A stretch of 64,000 nucleotides of DNA from Rhodosorus marinus CCMP1338 (GCA_029953675.1 JAMWBK010000013.1:868001-932000), one strand, 5' to 3'; counted from the first letter of the stretch, positions 33,652-46,472 are shown. Program-made: numbers and translations. Notes: generated from the letters alone by a model not told the origin.

Positions 33652-34422
33652 ATGTACGGGACTATATCAGTGCGTGGAATCCGAACTCTTCGAAGGGCGG
33701 TTCGGGTATCCTCTTCAGTAAAGGGAAGACGGCGGGTTCAACCGACCGGAAAGGACGGCGATGGAGGCGTGGGTAGGAGCAGCAAAGGAGCATGTTTGAA
33801 TAAGATTGAGCAAGAAGCTGTTTTGAAGGATGATGCTGCTGTGCAAAGTTCGAAGGAGCAGAGTGCGGCGCAGATTCGAAGCATGTCGAGGCTCGATGAG
33901 TACATGAAGAGGTTTCCGATTGGGGACTCGGCGGAAGAGTTCACCTCGGATTCGCTGCGGAAGGAGGAGAAGAAGGAGGAGGCTAGAGGGGAAGAATGGG
34001 ACGAGGATCTCCATGGTCCGATGCAAGTGAAGGTTTCTGAGGTGAACGTCGAGAATCTGAAGCCTCGAATGCTCTCTGAGATTCTGGAGGAAAGGCGAGC
34101 TATGGATGTACATGTGATTGACGTACGAGAGAAGTGCACTTTTACCGAGTACTTTATCGTCGCGACAGGTCGAACCCATACGCACCAGAAGAATTTGGCC
34201 TGGGAGATCAGAAGGATGCTTGCCGCCGGGGGGAGGCAGTCGAAGATCCAGGGCTTGGAAACGAATTGGGTTGTTGTGGACTGCGGTAACATCATCGTAC
34301 ACATCATGTCGGAGGACTCGAGAGATTTCTTCGACTTGGACTCACTGTGGAAGCAGGAAACATCCAGGGGAATGAAACAATCCGGCCGAGATCCTGGCGA
34401 AACGCTGACTGGATTTGAGTAG
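33652..34422 (+). CDS. rsfS: Ribosomal silencing factor RsfS/Iojap (MALSU1-like), probably mitochondrial
   Basis: Arg/Ser-rich presequence MYGTISVRGIRTLRRAVRV; LEERRAMDVHVIDV...FIVATGRTHTH...WVVVDCGNIIVHIMSEDSRDFFDLDSLW. Confidence 0.9.
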   Translation: MYGTISVRGIRTLRRAVRVSSSVKGRRRVQPTGKDGDGGVGRSSKGACLNKIEQEAVLKDDAAVQSSKEQSAAQIRSMSRLDEYMKRFPIGDSAEEFTSDSLRKEEKKEEARGEEWDEDLHGPMQVKVSEVNVENLKPRMLSEILEERRAMDVHVIDVREKCTFTEYFIVATGRTHTHQKNLAWEIRRMLAAGGRQSKIQGLETNWVVVDCGNIIVHIMSEDSRDFFDLDSLWKQETSRGMKQSGRDPGETLTGFE

Positions 34423-34652
34423 AGGGCCGAGACTTCCAAAGCGGTTGGAATCTTGGGGACACTGAGAGAACTATGTTATCCCTAGAACTAGTCTTTCAGA
34501 ACAAAAAGTTAAAACAGTACATTGTAATTTACACTTCAAGCCCTAAAAATGGGTTCTCAGGACCTTTTTACCCTCCTCGCGCTCCGGTCTGCTCCCAACT
34601 CCACTCCGAAGCTGCGGTGAGAGAACCCTAAGCAAGGATGGGGTCTTTGGTC

Positions 34653-35469
34653 TCAGTCTGCCTCACTGCTCGAATCATCTTCGCTTCCATAAGACGCCAG
34701 TCCTGACAGCATTAAACCAAGTACCAGAGATGTCTACAGGTTCACTTTTTGTGAGCTGGTTTTCAGAATTATTGTTTTCGAGAACGAACCTTGAAGCAAC
34801 GCTGAAGGAGGAGGTGCCTTCGTCTTCGTTTGGGACTCCGCGCTTGCGCCTTGTTTGGGCTTGGTGATGACCTTAACAACGCTCAGCCTCTTCGGCATCA
34901 AAATTCTATCATGATCATCCTTCGGGGGTATGGGTATCGACGGCGGCTGCTTCAGGGCTTCATCAGGTACATCTTCTTCGAGCGCGTGGTAGACAAACTT
35001 CTGCTTCGCAGATCTAAAGGATGCCATTTGCTTATCAACTTCCTCTTTCAGCTCGTGCTGCTTGGTCCTGTCGATCGGCGAAGTTGTACTGGTCTGAGAA
35101 GGTGAGGGACGGGATCGACGCGAGCAATCATAATTGAGAAGTTGAATTTTTCTAGCACCTCTCGGCCTGTTCTGTCTCCTCAAGAAAAGTTGCATCTTCT
35201 TCATCCAGAGCCTTCGGTGGTTGAAACGGATTGTGGTCTTTCTCCCACTCCTCCTGTTTCTTCGTCTTCGCTTCCTGCAAAACCTCAAAAAGTGCTCGGC
35301 CTTCGTTGGGGTGAGGCTCCTTCACCGCCTCCTTCTCGTCGAGATTCCCCACTCCATCCAGCGTCTTCCCAGCCGACACGAACTTATCATACTTTGCCGC
35401 GGGTTTCTTGTCGTCGGCTGCAGATGCAAAAACCTCGTAGGCAGGCCTGTCAGCTTCCTTAGGACTCAT
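34653..35469 (-). CDS. FAM192A: FAM192A/PSME3IP1/NIP30 (Fyv6)-like protein; 2 introns
   Basis: RALFEVLQEAKTKKQEEWE...PKALDEEDATFLEE; spliced C-terminus ALLQ|GLASYGSEDDSSSEAD*. Confidence 0.82.
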
Positions 35470-36337
35470 TAATAGATCTAGTCTACACAAAATTTCAGCT
35501 CAATTCCCGTCTTAAAGCCCATCACTGAAAGTCTAATGATCGCTATCGACCGTTGCTAAAGGATTTTCAAGACTCAGCACTGTGACTGTCAATCCCATAC
35601 TTAAAACATGACCAGATAATCACAAGGGAAGAACAGGTACAGGAGATGTAAACATCTAAATATCAGAGGAATACAATTCTAGACTATGGATCCAGGACAG
35701 CTTCCAGCAAACCATGCACACAAAGCGAACTATGCCAACAGCGCGCTCGTCCAACTTGCTCGCCCACGAGCCCTGAGAGGAAGCTAAGACGAGGCGAAAC
35801 CGAGAGAACGGGACTCTAAAACTAGGGCGGCATCAGGACGTTACTGCGTAGAACTCAAAAAAAAGAGGAAGCGCGAGTGAGTCTCATCGCGATCGCAAAA
35901 ACTGTCTCGAAGCCATTGCCGCGCCTGAGCTCTCGAAGAAACCCAACAAGCAGGACGAAACAGCCGACAAGGCCGGGTTTTTGCAGGGTGGGCACATTTC
36001 GTAAGAGCCTCCTGGTTCACAGAACTCCTTACGCGGCGCATGATCCGAGCAGCCGCACCACGCTCTCGACTCTCGGACAGCCAAATTATAAACGCGAGGG
36101 CAAGAGAGCAAGAGCGCACCGAAGCCATCCGATCACTCCGGAGAGACCTCCATTCAGAGCCGAACTACACTGAGAAGCGGAGGGGGAAAAAAAAGAGGAA
36201 GACGGGGAAAATGTCGCGCGTCCAGCAGCGCTTTTCGAATATCAGAGATAAAAAGACAGCTCCGTGAAAAGATTATCGACAGCCCCAAAAAATCCTCAAC
36301 AACAACACCAGCAAAACTCCCACGCCAATCAGATGGT

Positions 36338-36414
36338 CTATTAGTACTAATAGTACATCGTACTATCAAACCCACCCAACCTGGGATTAGTACGAATAGT
36401 ACTTTGTACTATTA
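36338..36414. promoter_or_regulatory. Duplicated 29-bp module containing six GTAC motifs upstream of GatA
   Basis: TATTAGTACTAATAGTACATCGTACTATC and GATTAGTACGAATAGTACTTTGTACTATT. GTAC at 36344, 36353, 36360, 36390, 36399, 36406. A regulatory role is inferred. Confidence 0.5.
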
Positions 36415-36676
36415 AATGGGCTCGACTTGGTGGGGATTGGAATTATCGCCGTGGGGAAGTCGATGAGCGATGAGGATGCAAAGGTGTTTTTGGGGAAGGA
36501 GGAGGTAGGAAGTAGAAAGGGTCTGGGTGGATAGGATCATAAGTTTATGTGTAATTGTTTTGGTGAGTTTGCTGTTTGGGATAGTTGTACTGGTTTCGTT
36601 TTTTTTTTGTTTTGTTCCAGCTGAGAGGCTGAAGTGGTTGGGGGTGGTTGGGTTGACGGGTGAGCGAGGAAGAACC

Positions 36677-38518
36677 ATGATAGGGTTTGTGAACGGGCTT
36701 AGTATCGGGAGGAACGGGCGGCATGTGGTTTCGAGGAGGGGATCGCGGGGTGCGGCTAGGTGTGCGATGGCAGGCGGTGATACTCGATCTGCGTTGGAGA
36801 TTGCTGAGGGCGTGAGGTCTGGAGCTTTTTCTGCGGAGGAGGTGACGAGGGAGTACTTGGATCGGATTGTAGATCGTGATAGTGAGATCTGTGCGTTTCT
36901 TAGCGTTGATGCAGAGGAGGCTCTGGAGAGCGCCAGGAGGATCGACCGAGCCAGAGAGAATAGCGAAAAGCTCGGTAGTCTTGCTGGGGTCCCTGTTGCT
37001 GTGAAGGACAACCTTTGCATTAAGGGATCGTCAACCACTGCAGGTTCTAGGATCCTCGAAAACTACGTTGCGCCATACACTGCAACTGCAGTCCAACGTC
37101 TACAAGCTGCTGGCGCGGTGCTTATCGGAAAGACCAACATGGACGAGTACGGGATGGGGTCTTCTACGGAAAAATCAGCCTTTACAACCACGAGGAACCC
37201 ATGGGACACGAGCCGTGTGTCTGGAGGATCCTCTGGAGGATCCGCCGCTGCAGTTGCCGCCCGAGAATGTGTCATTGCTGTAGGATCGGATACCGGGGGT
37301 TCAATCCGGCAGCCGGCTTCCTACTGTGGAGTAACTGGCCTCAAGTGTACCTACGGACGTGTTTCCAGATACGGACTGCTAGCGTACGCGTCGTCGCTGG
37401 ACACGGTAGGACCTCTGGCTACTTCTGCGGTTGATGCAGCGCTAGCGGCGCAGATTATGGCGGGAGTAGATCGTTTGGACGGCACGAGTCTGCCGGATGA
37501 TGTTCCCGACTTCGTCGGAATGCTACAGGACAAGTCGGGCGCCAGCCTTGAGGGAGTAAGGATTGGCGTTATCGATGAAGCTTTTGAGGGCGGGATTGAT
37601 GATCAGGTAGCTGAGAAAGTTAACGACGCAATCTCTGTACTGGAGAGCTTGGGTGCAGAAGTCGTGCGAACCAGCCTACCAAATCTGAGGGTCGCGACGT
37701 CTGCTTACTATATCCTGGCGCCTAGTGAGGCATCTGCGAATCTGGCGAGGTATGATGGTGTGCGATATGGCGAAAGAAATGAAGACCCGGAGAACATGTC
37801 GTCCGTAAGTTGTTCTCAATGCACCAAAAAGCCTTCACTCGCAACTATGCCGCTTGTCATGAAGAAGCGCTGACTCACGTTACGTTCTGCGCCTTTCTTT
37901 TTTCGTTCACAGCTCTACACGATGTCAAGGAAGAATGGCCTTGGGGAGGAAGTGAAGAGGAGGATTATGGTGGGAACGTTTGCATTATCAACGGGATACT
38001 ACGACGCCTTCTACTTGAGAGCTCAGAAAATCCGAACGGTTGTCGCTCAAGATTTCCAGGTACGCCCTTTGTTTCTGCACTTTCACCGCGAAGGAACTGT
38101 ACTCATGAGCGAACCCGATTCTTTTCCATTCTAAACTGCAGAGCGCTTTCGAGAAGGATATTGATCTTCTTGTATCCCCCGTCTCCCCAACACCGGCGAT
38201 GGGAGTTGGTGAGAAGGCGGACGACCCCGTAAGCATGTACACACAGGATATCCTGACGATTCCTGCTAGCCTAGCCGTAAGCGTTTGCTCAATCCATCTT
38301 GACGATCACTCTTCTTGGCTTTTGTCCGGTTAACCCAATTGCTCTTTGCCTCTTTGCAGGGACTCCCCGCTATTTCTGTCCCTTGTGGCTTCTCTTCCAC
38401 GGGATTGCCAATCGGGCTTCAGGTTATTGGTTCATTCGGCAAGGAAGCCGACGTCTTGCGAGCTGCACATGCGTACCAGCTGAACACAGACTTCCATGCA
38501 AAGTCACCGCGTGAATGA
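36677..38518 (+). CDS. gatA: Glutamyl-tRNA(Gln) amidotransferase subunit A, organelle-targeted; 3 introns
   Basis: Transit-like MIGFVNGL...; VAVKDN (catalytic K); [15 protein letters not shown]; [14 protein letters not shown]; [16 protein letters not shown]; [16 protein letters not shown]; [11 protein letters not shown]; [10 protein letters not shown]. Confidence 0.96.
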
Positions 38519-38611
38519 AAGTTGTGAAATACGCTGCTTGGAGTTTGGAAATGTGGCTTGTCCTGAGAATGATAGCGCTATCGGCGTCGCTGACCCTGGA
38601 TCTCATCGTCC

Positions 38612-39324
38612 TCAGATGGTCAAGATGGCCAAGTAGGTGATCTGAAAGAGTACGAGAACGGCGAGGAGAAAGATCCTGGGCTTTCTTCGGGATTGCTTGA
38701 AGGGTTGGAGGTCTTGGCTTTGAGAGTGACTTCGGACGTGCTTTCCCCGAATCTCCTCAGGATGCGCCTCAATGAGATTTATGCTCCCAACGACGACGTC
38801 CTGGAGGATATCCTGAGTTGAGAATTCCCGGTTGGAGAATTGAGGAACCCTTCTGAGACTGTGCAAATATAATTTTGAAAAGGAAAAAGATTCCCGACCT
38901 CGTTCATAGATGGTGCAGTAGTAAACTTGGAACTCCATCTCGGAACGAACTGCGCGGGCTCATCCGCGTGCCTCACGAGAACTGAAGCCTCATACGTCCG
39001 CCCCAACTTCAACGGAAACATGATATTATCGCCGTTCTTCAAATTTTGCGTAACTTGAGAACGACACTCCTCACTAACCCCTTCACACACCCTCAAGAAA
39101 CATCCTCCAGCGCACAAGCCCTCATCAAACTCAACCCGCAAGTTCCTCGCCACAGCAGACTCCAACATCCTCTCCCTCTCCACAGGGGCTAGAGCCTTCT
39201 TTACTTCCAAGATCACAGAATATCTTACAGGTTCATAAAGTTTCAACAGCTTGCTTCACTCACTAACAATCTCAGCCTCAACGCGTAAGAAGAAACATCT
39301 ATTGCGAATGAAACCCGTTCCCAT
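38612..39324 (-). CDS. Hypothetical tail-anchored protein with a possible FN3-like segment; 2 predicted introns
   Basis: LKLGRTYEASVLVRHAD...WSSKFTT resembles FN3 strands F-G. A GTCGGG...CTCAG intron (~89 nt) joins to an exon ending PRIFLLAVLVLFQITYLAILTI*. The 5' model is tentative. Confidence 0.5.
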
Positions 39325-39363
39325 CCTCACCAACGAGTAAGATTGATAAGTTGGAGAGACTTT

Positions 39364-39505
39364 CTCAGGCCAAGCCTACAAAACATCGTTTTTGAACGTA
39401 TTTAGATGGTGACACTTAAATCCGGTTTAGCTCTTCGAGTTAAACCGGATTTAAGTGTCACCACCCAAAACGTTCAAAAAATGATGTTTGGGATTTTTGG
39501 CTGAG
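39364..39505. repeat. Long inverted repeat / hairpin
   Basis: TGGTGACACTTAAATCCGGTTTA (39407-39429) is the exact reverse complement of 39441-39463; inner GCTC/GAGT stem with a TTC loop; imperfect outer arms AAACATC..TTTTTGAACGT / ACGTTCAAAAAA..GATGTTT and CTCAG / CTGAG. Confidence 0.92.
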
Positions 39506-40549
39506 TTGGGAGGGTAAGATCTCAGAGGAGAGAGAGAGGATGTTTAGTCTTGGAATATTATATATTTGTTGGATTCACTATCCTTCTCCATACGGTCCTC
39601 CTTAATATTTGAATGGATCCCAAACCAGTTCGATTAGCACTTGCGCAGATCTTGACGTCCCACTGATGTGGTTTTGGGGGGTGGGGGAGGGACCAGCTTT
39701 CGCGGTGTGGGCACTTAGCTTCATGGGGAAGAATGTTCCACCCGAATCCGTTTGCGGGTGATATCTTATCTCAAGCAACCCGCCCGTACATCGTCATCTT
39801 GATCTTCGAAGGCCTTCGGGAAGAGACAGATTCTCGCGGCCCGCCAAAGCCACTGCGGTAGGATCTTTTTTTCCAGCTTTGCGATAAACACCGTCGTTTA
39901 TCGCCTTCAGAGTACCTAAAAGAGCTTGTAAACCAGCTGGCGGCAAGTTGCTCGGGAAAGCCTCTCCCATAGAAATCCTGTTGTCAACCATAAAAGCTGA
40001 CTTAAACTGTCACCATCCATAAACGAGTGAAAAACGATGTTTTGAGGGGAAGAGGCGATGATGAGTTCTCAGAAGAGAACGGAAGTTTGGCTTTTTGGAT
40101 GAGAGCTGCTAGCTTCACTAGTCTTCTTCATAAAATCCTTCTGAAAGTCTATGAAGGAACATCAAAAAACCCAGTTCGATCAGTACTCAAACTAAGCCCT
40201 CGGTCCATAGGTCTATTTGTAGATACGTTTGTGACTATTGAGGAGATTTGTTAGGGTTCTGGGGCTGGTGAGGAGGTTGCTGGGTGAGGCGGGGGAAGCG
40301 GCTGGGTCGGAGGTGGACAAGACCATGTACAAGATAGCTGTTGAAGAGGAATAAAGTTCCTATGACAGCTCCGAGATCATACGAATATTGAGGATATCTG
40401 GTTTGAGGTGTCTAGGTCTTTGGAGCTGAGTAGGAAGGCGCTGATGATATGCAAATGAAGAGCTAAGAGAGACTCCCGAGAGGTTAGGTAGGACACATGT
40501 GGAAACCTGAGCTTGTTTTGTTAATACTTTGTATGATTTAGAATAAGGG

Positions 40550-43500
40550 ATGGGCGGAGATGGGAATCAAGTGAGTAGGCTTGATGGTCTCATCGCGCTG
40601 TTGGAGAATGGTACCTCCGGTGCAGTACGTCGGATGGCTGCCGAGCAGGTTGGAGAACTGGTCGCGGCCCATCCAGCTCAGGCGAAGTACGTTTTGAAGA
40701 GAGTTCGGCGGCTTTTGAGATCAAGCCATTGGGATACTCGAATAGCCGGTGGACATGCCATACGAGCTATCGCGGATCAGACGCCGATGATGGTCGTCAC
40801 TGATGAACCTGATGAGCTGGTACGCCAAGAAAAAGAGAATCGCAGGCAGTAATGGCTGTGGGTGTATTCCCGCTGATCTCGTTGTTTTGACTTCGATTTT
40901 TTCCCAATCCCTTCAGCAAAAGGCAGAATGGCAAGCAGAAGAGGCGACGTTTCTGAGATTCGAACAGCTTGATCTCGCAAAGCTCATTGAGAACGGGATG
41001 GTGCTTCTCGGTTCAAGTGGTGAAGAGTATTCGACTGGAAGGATTGACATCAGCATTCAACGAAGCCAGCTTAAGAGAGACTTGGGCATCGACGATCGAC
41101 TAACTGGCGGAGAGGACGGGCTTGGTGTCAAGGACGAAGACTTGATCCTCGATTCCAGCATTGTATCTCAAGAGCCGGCTGGGAAGCAGAAGGCTGATGA
41201 ATTTGTCGCGGAGCTCGGAAACAACGCGCACCTGAGTAAACGCGAGGCGCATCGGTTGAAACGGGAAGCTCAGAAGAAGCGACGGGCAGGTGCAGATTTT
41301 GACGAGCCCGCATCATCGAAGAAGACGAAAGGGCAGGGCACAGACGAAGGCAAAGATAATCCAGCCGAAGCGGAGGAAAACGAGGATTCCGTGGTACCTT
41401 GGCTGTTTGCGTCGACCTGCAGGGAGCTCAAGGAAGGCCTCCTCCAGGAGAAATGGGAATCTCGCCACGGAGCCACAGTAGGACTTAGAGAAATACTGAA
41501 GAAACACGCCGGATCTGCTGGAACGGTATCCCCAAATGACGCGGGCAAGAACGAAAACTCGAGCTGGCTGGAGGATGTCGCCTGTAGGCTCCTTTGCGTA
41601 CTAGCGCTAGATCGCTTTGGGGATTTTGTGGGAGATGGAGTTGTGGCTCCCGTTCGTGAAACGGCTTGTATGGCTCTTGCGGCGGCTGCAAAGGCCATGA
41701 ATCCCGGACAGGTACGAAAACCAACTGTGCCTTGGGCTTGTTAGATCAGGGTCCTCTCCTCCCTAATCCCAGAGCGCCTCTGCAATCAACCAACCAGGTA
41801 TCGCAGCTGCTAAGTCTGCTTCAGATACTACAGAGTGCTAGCAACAGGAAGCATTGGGAGGTCCGGCACGGCGCGCTACTGGGAATCAAGTACTTGCTTA
41901 GCGTCTCCTCGGAGAGGCTTCCCGTGCTACTCCCCCCCGCCTTTGCATCAGCTCTAGAAGGTACTCGATTCGATCCATGACTGAGGGACAAAGCTGCAAG
42001 GACTACCCTATCGCGGCGCCTTGGCTCAGAGCAGAATCTGTTTTCCTGACACTCTGTAGGTCTTGAAGATGAAGATGATGACGTACGGGCGGTTTCTTGC
42101 GATGCGATTTCACCCGCAATGGAGTCGGTTTGGACGGTTCTTCCCGATCAAATGAACAAGTTGGTGTCCGTGGCTTGGGCCTCATTCTATGAGCTGGATG
42201 AGCTTAGTGCCTCGACAGCGAGTCTCATGCGACTCGTTTCCCGGATCTATACTACTGCGGATGTGGACAGCAGCAGAGCAGATAACCTCGTGGTGTCCAA
42301 CGTGGATGATGATGATAGTGATGACAACGGCGAGGGACTCCCACAGGGTAAAACCTTGGAGATGAGCGAGCTTGTTCCGAGATTGTTTCCGTTCTTCAGA
42401 CACCGCTCGACGAAAGTGCGCCGGGCAGCTGTTGAGGCGTTCCAGTCCTTGATTAGCTCCAAGGATTCGGAGCTAACATTGAAGTGGCTGGAAGCTTTGT
42501 GTGGTATCGTGATCGACAAGATCTTCAGGAATTTGCTGCTTGAGTACGATGCGGAAGCTTTGGCTACTTCTCAGGAGATTTGGAAGATATTAACGCCGAA
42601 GCTGACGTCGACGGAAAAGGACTCCGCCCTGGTTGCACGTGAAAGTGCGCCGTTCCTGAAGGACTGGTTTGAGCTCGCGTGCTGCGAATCTAGGACCGCA
42701 GCGATAGAGTACGACAAGGCGCTGAGGAGTGGGAAGGAGTCCAAGAAGAGGAGAAAACCGAAAAAGCCTCGAAAAAAGGCTAAAGCGGAGAGAAGGCCGG
42801 ACATTGCCGAGGACGGAGAGTTCAGCTCAGGGGCGATGGCGTTGGACTCATCTGAGTCCAAAAAAGATCCGGAGGATGCGATACTCATGCAGCTTTCGGC
42901 GGCAACGGGCTTTGGTGTTCTTGCTGTCACATGGCCGAGCGTAAGCTCCAACGGAAGAAGACAACTTGAGGATCGCTTTATGCTCCGTACTTAACCCTTA
43001 GTTATCTGCGCTGAAACTTCCCTTGCTCATCTCGTCTCGTAGGGCAACGACGCTCTGGTGAACATCCTCCTGGACGGAATCAAGTCACCGCACGCGATAC
43101 CCAGACGGAACGTTTGCATCATAGCCGAGCGCTGGTTTCAGAGCGGAGCAACCCTACCCTCAGACGAGTTGATTGAGCGAATTACTCTAGAAGTGTCTGG
43201 GGATGGCGGTTGTCTGTACGCGGAGTTGAATTCGTCAGTGTCGTCCCTGTTCACCGATTTGCGTTCACTACTAGAGGCGTACCAGGACGATGTTCCGAAA
43301 GAAAAGCTGGTGGCACTTGGCACCGACGTTGATTCGTTAAGTGCGCTTGTTTCGAGAGGATTGAGCTCAATCAAAGAGAACCAGGTGGCAACTGTAGCGC
43401 AAGTGGCTGTAGATCTGCAGGAGCCTACCAAGGTCCTCGCTACGGCAGCCTATGACCATTGGGAGGCGAGTCAGGCGGGGAAATCGGGGAGGAACAAGAA

Positions 43501-46472
43501 GAGAGAGGTTGTGTCATCCGTGAGGATGCATGTCCTCGCGACTATCGGATACCAAACCGAGCGACGGAATGAGCTCAGAACTTCCCTAATTGCCGCTGCA
43601 GCGGTCGCGGTGATCGCAAACCGAAGCAAGCCTTTGCCGAAGCTAGTCTCAACGTATATCAAGGCCTTGATGAATTCTCTACGCACTCTGGACTCTGCGC
43701 AGCTTCAGTCCAAATCGGCCAGCGGCATTGCATGCCTCCTCCGGAGACTAGGAGAGCGGAAGACGCTCAAACCCGTTACCCTCGTGATCAAGAACCTGTG
43801 TAAATTTGTAACGGAATCCAGGGAGAAAGCCCCGGTAGAGGGTGAGCCGAATACCATGGATTCAGCGAAGGTTGAGCACCGAGGAACGGGCTTGGCCTTG
43901 AGAGCTTTAGGGAAGGAATTCGGAGACGATTTGTTCAGTAGCCTGCCCTGGCTTTGGGATACGGTCTCCAATCCCGTACTGGCACCGGCGATGGACGCGC
44001 CTGAGAACATTCTCGCCCTCACAACCGCCTTGGTAGTGCTGCGGGTGATTGTATCGGACATCTCCACGGAGCCACGCAGCAAGGTCGCTTCTCTGTTCCC
44101 GGCGCTCGTTGATCTATGTGCCATGGAGGATGCGTCGATGGGGTCGGAAGCCGGCCGCTGCCTATCTGAGCTGGTCTTCCGAATGCAGAAGGAGGGAATG
44201 AACGCGGTGGTTAGAAACTTGGTACCTTTGCTGGGGCAAGATCGGGGTGCTGTGTCACGAAGAAACGCGGCGAAGGCGCTCAGAAGAGTTGTGAAGAGAC
44301 TTGACACAAGCCTGATTCCGTACGCGGCATTTCTGGTCGTCCCGATGATGATGAGGATGGTCGATCAGGACCAGGAGGTTCGAGATGCTTCTGCGGGAGT
44401 GTTCGGGACGCTGGTGAGGCTGATGCCCCTCGAGGAAGGATCCCCGGACGATCCAGAGATGAGCGAATCGATGAAGGAGGAGAGACAAGAGGCTCGGGAG
44501 TTCTTAGGTCAACTTCTGGGGTCGCGCCCGAGAAAGCATTATCAGATGCCGGTACCAATAGGCGATGATGTTCAGCTCCGGCACTACCAACAAGAGTGCT
44601 TGGACTGGCTCTTCTTCTTGAACCTGTACGGTCTACATGGAGCTTTGTGCGATGACATGGGACTGGGCAAAACCTTGATGACCTTGTGCGTTATGGCAGG
44701 GGACAATCATTCGCTGCGGTCGAAGGGGCTGAACAAACCTTCCCTTGTGGTCTGTCCATCGACTATTGTGGGTCACTGGAATCAGGAAGCACTGAGGTTC
44801 TTCGGCAAGACTTCACTTCAGAAAGTGGTCATGTACTTAGGGTCCCCTCGGGTCCGAGAGGGCATTAGGCAGCGCGAGAACTTCAACGAAGCTGACTTGG
44901 TCGTCACCTCCTATGAAGCTCTCGCGAGCGACCTGGAGCACTTTCGATCGGTTCGATGGAACTACCAGGTCTTGGACGAGGGGCACGTTATCAAAAATCC
45001 AAGGACGAGAGCTGCCAAGGCGGTGCGATGCATTTCTGCTAGCCATAGGCTCCTCCTTTCAGGTACCCCGATTCAAAACACGGTGCTTGAGCTCTGGGCT
45101 ATCTTTGACTTCCTGATGCCAGGATTCCTGGGATCTGAAAAGAGCTTCAAGGAGACGTACGGCAAGCCCATCCTGGCGAGTCGGGATGCTAAATGCACTG
45201 ACAAGCAGAGAGAGAATGGCATGGCAGCTATGGAAGCCCTACATCGACAGGTGCTTCCGTTCGTATTGAGAAGACTTAAAGATGATGTCCTATCCGAGCT
45301 GCCTGCAAAGGTAATTCAAGATTACTATTGTGACATGACACCGCTGCAGATGCGTCTATACGAGAGCTTCTCAAAAGCAACTCTCAAGGATGGCGTTCTA
45401 GCCCCAGAGGATATGGACGACGATATGGACGACGAGCCTGAGAAACCCAAGCGTGGCAACTCAGAGGGTCAGCACATCTTCCAGGCGCTGCAGTACCTCA
45501 AGAGACTCTGCAGTCACCCGGCCATGGTAGTGACCCCAAAGCACACCCAGTATGAGTCCATTTCGCAGGAGCTGAGCGAGTCTGGATCGAGCTTGCGGGA
45601 CGTGAAACAATCACCGAAGTTGATGGCTCTTGAGCAGCTGCTTGGTGAGCTGGGAATAGGAGACGAGGATGTGCTTGTTAACAAGGAAACAGGGTCCCAC
45701 CGTGTTCTGATCTTCTCTCAGATGAAGGAGCTGCTGACTCTGGTGGAGGAGGACCTGTTCAAAACTCGAATGCCGAGAGTGACGTACTTGAGAATGGATG
45801 GAAGTGTCGAACCGACGCGGCGACATTCCATCGTCACTAGGTTCAATGCTGACCCGACCATCGATTGCCTCCTGATGACCACGCACGTGGGCGGACTCGG
45901 GCTAAATCTCACCGCAGCGGATGTCGTTATCTTCCTCGAGCACGACTGGAACCCGACCAAGGACCTGCAGGCGATGGATCGAGCACATCGAATAGGGCAG
46001 AAGAAGACCGTCAACGTGTACAGACTGATTATGCGCGGAACGCTGGAGGAGAAAATCATGAATGTTCAGAGGTTCAAAACACACATTGCAAATGCTGTCG
46101 TCAATAAGGACAACTCGAGTACGGATTCAACATTCATAGTTCTACTTAAAAAGCCGTTTGCTTCTGCCCGTAGACTGACTCTGCGTACTTGCTTTTTCCC
46201 TTTCTCTCCATCGTCTAGGTCTCACGAGCATGAACACCTCAGAACTACTAAGCCTCTTCAAGGTAGAGGACGAGGCGGAGGCAGATACCTCCGGCGCCAA
46301 TGACGGCCAGGCTACCGATGGCTTCGACGTCAAATCCAAGGGCTTGAAGAACGCCGTCGACCAGCTCGGCGACCTGTGGGACGAGAAACAGTACGAAGAT
46401 GAGTATAACCTCGACGACTTCGCCGGCTCCATGGGTGGTCGTGGCGGTGATGGCAGCGGCGGTGGCTCATAG
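40550..46472 (+). CDS. BTAF1: MOT1/BTAF1 TBP-associated SNF2 ATPase; 5 introns
   Basis: N-terminal SRLDGLIALLENG; KWESRHGA; LCVLALDRFGDFVGDGVVAPVRETAC; LCDDMGLGKTL; VLDEGHVIKN; SGTPIQN; QAMDRAHRIGQKK; C-terminal LGDLWDEKQYEDEYNL. Confidence 0.97.

Noticed and set aside
39256-39258. In-frame TGA after ATG 39324, near a position echoing a Cys (possible selenocysteine)
   Set aside because: It falls inside a plausible 75-nt GTGAGT...TAG intron that restores the frame, and I see no SECIS-like element 3' of the stop.
40840-40856. Possible GC-AG intron in MOT1 (CAG|GCAGTA)
   Set aside because: A canonical GTACGC donor at 40820 gives the correct phase with the acceptor at 40916.
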